DNA from: an uncultured delta proteobacterium
GTDB lineage: Bacteria; Myxococcota; UBA727; VGSZ01
Length of the DNA: 64,000 nucleotides
NCBI GenBank assembly: GCA_963775425.1
Contig: CAVZJB010000005.1
Location: forward strand, 480,001 to 544,000
Direction: 5' to 3'
The position numbers and the translations under genes were made by a program. How positions within the stretch are numbered: position 1 is the first letter of the stretch; each line of letters opens with the position of its first letter. Positions 60,001-64,000 of the stretch are shown here, one piece after another. The notes below the pieces were generated by a model. That model did not search any database. It had not been told where the DNA came from and saw nothing but the letters and a program-made list of their open reading frames with translations.

Positions 60001-60227
60001 CGCCACAGCCGCCGCAGCAGGGGCAGCCGCCGCCACAGCAGCCGCCACCGCAGGGGCAGTTCCGCAACCCGACGACGGCCAAGGGGACGATGCTCGGGAC
60101 CATGCCCGTCGTCGACGAGGACATGATCCGGCGCGCCCAGCAGCAGATCAACCAGGGCAAGCCCGGCACGCAGGTCTCCGGCAAGGGCGGCGCCGCGCCG
60201 CTGCCGCCGGACAAGGACAAGAAGTAG
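57096..60227 (+). CDS. 2xFHA, TM, heptaheme cytochrome c, TM, poly-proline tail
   Basis: VGR..SGKH..GSLNGVFVNG and LGR..SGSH..STNGTFVNG; two hydrophobic helices flank 7 CxxCH; long GGxPPPPPPP region. Confidence 0.9.
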   Translation: MFCLKVVDGLSAGIEILLKQGGTTTVGRAEDADGQIEDGLCSGKHFEIEWTAAGMIIKDLGSLNGVFVNGERVRENRQVKRGDFIQAGTTLMEIAVSSGNVEVKVSEREPAISGKATMMMDAAAVQDAIARTRAQARVKAKELNRTVIKTQMMTKAEIAKLMTDQPVSKAKTMVLQALPPEILAGTNNAGLAILQKLLADVTPDNPTVCVVKKGASITPYAKSVITLGRDARNDIPLISDDVSGSHARIVKEPSGRFEVIDEGSTNGTFVNGKRVVRQYLQNGDTIQLGQWTGPVALSAGRMAMELNREGVSVKDDKGVIKVLKVGDEGAKEWDPLLREAVRAPMLVKSDRGEKFKKKKKGKSADDIAFRATGDVQRGAMKSRLAWAGVLTSPIVIALFFGGYFVVSLLHKGSTFDALSPGAITNAHASETFIAKAKEAASAENKFGGHTTCFACHPGLNREVTDTACSSCHSQVPTSTHTEVGLTCFDCHGEHNGRNFSPTAQARLGCVGCHQGDPHARLFDKGEGKKARAKAPVITQAQLNIDKAEVHEKHFNIEGRCVACHAVAEGATALTSPEEIAKQARKSCGICHAATDPQPDECVRCHVQHPKDAALVEFLKAQPTNEDDIKQARIDPGTVPIFLALAFGMTLPLVLAAVVKPKPKQKKEQVVEEKAGAKPAGAPAGAAPPPPGPPGAPPPPPGARAPGPPPPPPGGAPPPPPPGGAPPPPPPPGGRAAPPPPPPPGGMAPPPPPPPGGAPPPPPPPPGGRVAPPPPPPPGGVPAPPPPPGGVPPPPPPPGGMAPPPPPPPGGVPPPPPRAAPPPPPGVPPPPPPPGGPPPPPPAAARPAPAAPPPPPPPAAVAPPPPPAARPAPPPPPPPAARPAPPPPPPAARPAPPPPPPAAAPPPPAPRPVAPAPVPAPPPPAPVVRAGTKAAMQIPAQPAPVPAQPAVRAGTKAAMQIPDPRQAPQPPQPPQQGQPPPQQPPPQGQFRNPTTAKGTMLGTMPVVDEDMIRRAQQQINQGKPGTQVSGKGGAAPLPPDKDKK

Positions 60228-60340
60228 CGCTCGGCGGAGCACGCTCGCCGGCCCGCCGGAGCTGGGCCCGCCGGCGGGGATCCGGCCGCGCTCAGAAGAC
60301 GTGCGCCGCGCCTGCAGGCAGAGCGAACGAGCCACCATTC

Positions 60341-60400
60341 GCAACCTGATGGTTGCACACGTCCACAGAGGCGGCTACGCAGGCGTAACCAGGAGGTTGC
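60341..60400. promoter_or_regulatory. Two ArsR-type operator candidates, G(C/T)AACC-N4-GGTTGC
   Basis: GCAACC-TGAT-GGTTGC at 60341-60356; GTAACC-AGGA-GGTTGC at 60385-60400, covering the Shine-Dalgarno sequence. Confidence 0.65.
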
Positions 60401-60402
60401 AC

Positions 60403-60921
60403 ATGTCTGCCCCGACCCCCAGCGATCGCATCGAGAAGGTCGTCACCCTCAACGCGCCCGTGTCGCGCGTGTGGCGCGCCGTCGCCGACAGCGCCGAATT
60501 CGGGCGCTGGTTCGGGGTGACGCTCGGCGGCCCGTTCGTCGAGGGGCGCGCCCTGCGCGGCACGTTCACGGGCGAGCTCCCGGTCGACGCCATCGCGTCA
60601 CAGCAGCGCGCGCTCGGCCTGCCGCCGTCGCCGGTGAGGACGCCGCCCGCCGTGTTCTGCACCGTGGAGCGCGTCGAGCCGGAGCGCGCTCTCGCGTTTC
60701 GCTGGATCCCGTACGGCATCGACGCCGCCGTCGACCCCGCCCACGAGCCCACGACGCTCGTGGAATTCCGTCTCGAGGCCGTCCCCGAGGGCACGCGGCT
60801 CACCATCACGGAGTCGGGCTTCGACAAGGTCCCGGAGCACCGGCGCCGGCGTGCCTTCCTCATGAACGACGCCGGCTGGGCCGAGCAGGCGAAGAACATC
60901 GCGCGCCATGTCGAGGGCTGA
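60403..60921 (+). CDS. SRPBCC (AHSA1-like) domain protein
   Basis: IEK...APVSRVWRA..D..EFG.WF, FRW.P, TLVEF.L..GTRLTITESGF, GW. Confidence 0.9.
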   Translation: MSAPTPSDRIEKVVTLNAPVSRVWRAVADSAEFGRWFGVTLGGPFVEGRALRGTFTGELPVDAIASQQRALGLPPSPVRTPPAVFCTVERVEPERALAFRWIPYGIDAAVDPAHEPTTLVEFRLEAVPEGTRLTITESGFDKVPEHRRRRAFLMNDAGWAEQAKNIARHVEG

Positions 60922-61261
60922 GCGTCGAGCCGAACGCGTCGCCGACGCCGCGGCGGTGTTCTGCGCGCTCGGCGACGACACGCGCTTGTCGCTCGTGACC
61001 ACCCTGGCAGACGGGATCGCGCGGACGGCGACGCAGCTCGCCGGCGGTGCGCCCATCTCCCGCCAGGCGGTGATGAAGCACCTGAAGGTCCTCGAGGCCG
61101 CGCGGCTCGTGCGCCGGGTCCCCGAGGGGCGCGCGGTGCTCTACGGGCTCGACGTCGAACGCATCGACGACGCGGGCGCCTTCCTCCACGGCATCTCCGC
61201 GGGCTGGGACCGCGCCATCGCTCGGCTGCGGCGCCTCGTCGAGGACGAGCGGGACCCGTAG
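60908..61261 (+). CDS. ArsR/SmtB family transcriptional regulator
   Basis: VFCALGDDTRL, ISRQAVMKHLKVLE, GR. Confidence 0.9.
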   Translation: MSRAERRAERVADAAAVFCALGDDTRLSLVTTLADGIARTATQLAGGAPISRQAVMKHLKVLEAARLVRRVPEGRAVLYGLDVERIDDAGAFLHGISAGWDRAIARLRRLVEDERDP

Positions 61262-61301
61262 GCCCCGCGCAGTCGCCACACGCGGCGACGCGGCCGCGGC
61301 G

Positions 61302-62633
61302 TCAGGCGGACTTCACGAGCTCCACGATCGCCTGCACCGCGCCCGTCACCGCCCCGAGCGCGCCCGCCCCCTCGCCGCCGATCTGCGTGATCCTCATCTC
61401 GCCGATGTGGCCGCCGACGGCGCCGGCGAGCTCCGGCAGCTTCTCTGCGAGCTTCAGGCGCGCCGCGGCCTCCACCGTCGTCACCCGCGCTTGCGCCATC
61501 GCCTGCGCCACCGCCGCGCTGCCCTCGCCCTCGAGGCGCACGAGATCCGCTTCCGCGCGCCGCTCGTCGACGTGGATCGCGAGCTCGGCGCGCGCGAGGT
61601 CCGCGCGGCGCGCCGCCGCCTCCGCGAGCGCCGCGAACGACGCGAGCTGCGCCTCCGCCTCGATCTTCTTGAGCTCTTCGAGGCGCGTCTTGCGTTTGGT
61701 CTCCGCCTCGCGCTCGGCGAGCACGATCTCCTGCTTCTTTCGCTCGAGCGCCGCCTTCTCGACCAGCTTGGCCTCCTCGAGCTCGCGCTGCACCTGCGCC
61801 CGCCGCAGCTCGTCGGCGCGACGGATCTCGAGCTCCTGCTGCGCGAGCTCCTGCTTGCGCGCGGCGACGACGAGGGCGGCCTGGATGCGCGCCTCCTCGA
61901 TGGCCCGATTGCACGCCGCTTCGCGCGCCGTGATCTCCTTTTCGGCCTCGGCGCGGGCTTCGCGGGCGCTGCGGTCGAGGGCGGCGCGGTAGGGCGCCTG
62001 CATCTGCGCGAAGACGGCGTCGGACAGGACGCGCACCTCCTGGATCTCGATGGTGTCGACGACGATGCCCCAGCCCTGGTCGGTGGCGTCGTCGATGCGC
62101 CCGTCGCCGCCCACCACCGGCGCCACCTCCTTCAGGAGCTCCTGGGCGAGGGCGACCTTCCGCTTCTGCAAACAGTCGTCGAGGCCGAGGTTGGCGATGA
62201 GCCGGCGCGCGCCGCCCACGAACATCGACGTGAGCGTCTCCTCGAGCTTCTCCTGCGCGCGCTCCGGGTAGCTGAAGTTGAGCACGCGGTAGGCGATCAG
62301 CGGGTCGGCGATGCGGTAGACGGCGAGGCCGGTGACCTCGATGCCCACGCGCTCGACGGTGACCTGGTCGGCGCGGAAGCGGAGCCGCTGCAGCGACGTC
62401 GGGATCACGGCGACCGAGTCCCACGGGAGCTTGAAGCACGTCGCGCCCTGGCCGCTCGAGCGCGTGCGCACGCGGCCCTGTCGCACGTGGACGAGGAACT
62501 CCGAGGGCTTTGCCGACACGAAGCCCCACCGCTTGGTCTTCGCGGGGTCCTCGACGGGGCGCCCCTCGCGCCAGCCCGTGCGCTCCTTGGGCCGCTCGGT
62601 CACGTGGATGTGCGTCGTCGCTGCCTTGTTCAT
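61302..62633 (-). CDS. SPFH/flotillin-like protein with coiled-coil tail
   Basis: AGGAGG then ATG 62633; FRADQVT.E.VG..V...AVYRI.DP, WGIVVDTIEIQEV; EA-rich coiled coil. Confidence 0.82.
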   Translation of the reverse strand: MNKAATTHIHVTERPKERTGWREGRPVEDPAKTKRWGFVSAKPSEFLVHVRQGRVRTRSSGQGATCFKLPWDSVAVIPTSLQRLRFRADQVTVERVGIEVTGLAVYRIADPLIAYRVLNFSYPERAQEKLEETLTSMFVGGARRLIANLGLDDCLQKRKVALAQELLKEVAPVVGGDGRIDDATDQGWGIVVDTIEIQEVRVLSDAVFAQMQAPYRAALDRSAREARAEAEKEITAREAACNRAIEEARIQAALVVAARKQELAQQELEIRRADELRRAQVQRELEEAKLVEKAALERKKQEIVLAEREAETKRKTRLEELKKIEAEAQLASFAALAEAAARRADLARAELAIHVDERRAEADLVRLEGEGSAAVAQAMAQARVTTVEAAARLKLAEKLPELAGAVGGHIGEMRITQIGGEGAGALGAVTGAVQAIVELVKSA

Positions 62634-62655
62634 CGCCACCTCCTGGCACCCGCTC

Positions 62656-62671
62656 TCCATGGCGCGTGCCA
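62656..62671 (-). promoter_or_regulatory. Possible sigma54 promoter (variant -12) for the SPFH gene
   Basis: Minus strand TGGCACGCGCCATGGA: consensus -24 element, GG in place of GC at -12. Confidence 0.35.
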
Positions 62672-63021
62672 CGGGGCGCGCCGCGCGGCACCGCGTCCGC
62701 ATCCCGCCCACGCCGCGCCGCCTGCTCCGAAGCGGAGCAGGCGCTTGCGCCGTCCTCGCGCAGCTCGGGCGCGGCGCGCAGTCGATCAGCGCTCTCGCGG
62801 CGGCGTTCGACATGACGCTCACGGGCGTGAAGAAGCACGTCCGCGTCCTCGAAGACGCAGGCCTGGTGACGACGGAGAAGGCCGGCCGCGTCCGCACCTG
62901 CCGGCTCGGTCCGCGCCGGCTCGAGGACGAGACGGCGTTCATCGAGGCGTACAGAGAGACGCTCGAGGACAACCTCGATCGCCTCGGCGGGCTGCTCGAG
63001 CGCACACGGAAGAGGCGATGA
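62659..63021 (+). pseudogene. ArsR family regulator with missing or aberrant N-terminus
   Basis: VLAQLGRG..SISALA..FDMTLTGVKKHVRVLEDAGLV..EK.GRVR is clear ArsR, but the ALxDxTR helix is absent. Confidence 0.6.
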
Positions 63022-63120
63022 CGACGACGGAGACCCTGCACGTCGGCACACCCGCCGAGCGCGAGATCCGCGTCGAGCGCACGTTCCACGCGGCCCGCGA
63101 CCGCGTCTGGCGCGCGCAGC
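63018..63120 (+). pseudogene. SRPBCC gene 5' fragment
   Basis: ATGA-coupled MTTTETLHVGTPAEREIRVERTFHAARDRVWRA, then the frame enters a tandem repeat. Confidence 0.65.
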
Positions 63121-63450
63121 GCGAGCGGTGCGCGGCGGCGCGAGCGGTGCGCGGCGGCGCGGCGGCGCGAGCGGTGCGCGGCGGCGCGAGCGGTGCGCGG
63201 CGGCGCTCGGCGCGAGCGGTGCGCGGCGGCGCGAGCGGTGGGCGGCGGCGCGAGCGGTGCGCGGCGGCGCTCGGCGCGAGCGGTGCGCGGCGGCGCGAGC
63301 GGTGCGCGGCGGCGCTCAACGCGAGCGGTGCGCGGCGGCGCGAGCGGTGCGAGCGGTGCGCGGCGGCGCTCGGCGCGAGCGGTGCGCGGCGGCGCTCGGC
63401 GCGAGCGGTGCGCGGCGGCGCTCGGCGCGAGCCGTGCGCGGCGGCGCGCG
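63121..63450. repeat. GC-rich minisatellite, unit GCGAGCGGTGCGCGGCGGC with or without GCTCGGC, about 15 copies
   Basis: Read directly from the sequence; 19- and 26-bp unit variants, no unique spacers. Confidence 0.9.
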
Positions 63451-63611
63451 GCGCACGTCGACGACGGCTGGTGACGCTCCGCCGTCGAGGAGACGGGCGA
63501 ACGACCGACGGCTACCGCGACGATGCTGCGTTGTCCGGAAACCGGGGTGCTCCGGCGATGCGTTGATGCATCGCGGGCCCGCGCACGGCGAAACCTCGAT
63601 TGGAGGTGGCT

Positions 63612-64000
63612 ATGAAGCGCGGGTGGCTCGTCGGTTTGTTCTTCGTCGTTTCGTGTGGGCACGAGGTGCTCGATCCCCAGCCACAGCGCGCCCCCACCGA
63701 CACCGGTGATCCCGGCTCGCAGGGCCCCGTCACGGGCCAGCAAAACGCCCCTGCCCCGAACGACTCCGGCGATCTCCCCGCGTGCGCGGCCGACGAGTGC
63801 GTCGCCGGCGACGGCTACTGCGACGTCGGCTTCTGCGCCGGGTGCGACGCCGACGCCGACTGCGACGGCACCGACCCCGGCGCGGATCCGGGCGACCTCC
63901 CGGCATGCACCGCGGACGACTGCGTCGCCGGCGACGGCTTGTGTGACGTGGGCTTCTGCGCCGAATGCAGCACCGACCCCGACTGCGACGACGCGGGGAC
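63612..64000 (+). CDS. Lipoprotein with tandem acidic Cys-rich repeats (runs off the window)
   Basis: GGAGG then MKRGWLVGLFFVVSC; GDLPAC.AD.CVAGDG.CDVGFCA.C..D.DC occurs twice. Confidence 0.75.
   Translation, partial: MKRGWLVGLFFVVSCGHEVLDPQPQRAPTDTGDPGSQGPVTGQQNAPAPNDSGDLPACAADECVAGDGYCDVGFCAGCDADADCDGTDPGADPGDLPACTADDCVAGDGLCDVGFCAECSTDPDCDDAG

Noticed and set aside
50517-60358. Long Arg/Gly/Ala-rich ORFs such as 50517..53591(-), 57066..60344(-) and 58565..60358(-)
   Set aside because: They are antisense or off-frame shadows of motif-supported genes, expected at this GC content. The same applies to most other ORFs in the track.
63121-63450. Possible CRISPR array
   Set aside because: Units are contiguous with no unique spacers, and no cas genes are in the window.

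Overview
Very GC-rich bacterial DNA. Gene content (FHA/sigma54 activator, Ser/Thr kinase with PEGA, zinc-ribbon/GYF/TPR protein, (GE)n and DAG linkers) suggests Myxococcota or a related Deltaproteobacterium; this is inference. The left 38 kb mixes housekeeping and signalling genes: clpX, dapA, dapB, an rplC outside the S10 operon, a SNF2 helicase, a hybrid PAS kinase, an ECF41 sigma factor, a P450 and a quinone-type operon with an unusual PAS-MenA fusion. The main signal is 38.8-60.2 kb, with 41 canonical CxxCH heme motifs in five proteins. It encodes a large multiheme lipoprotein, a probable beta-barrel, a nonaheme cytochrome, a 3xLysM/14-heme cytochrome, a tandem cNMP-binding/4x[4Fe-4S] protein, a PQQ-dehydrogenase/diheme fusion, a di-heme-b type membrane protein and a 2xFHA/7-heme/poly-Pro membrane protein. 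Together these look like a trans-envelope electron conduit wired to cyclic-nucleotide and phosphothreonine signalling. I saw no rRNA, tRNA, transposase or CRISPR array. All family assignments come from reading motifs by eye, without database searches.
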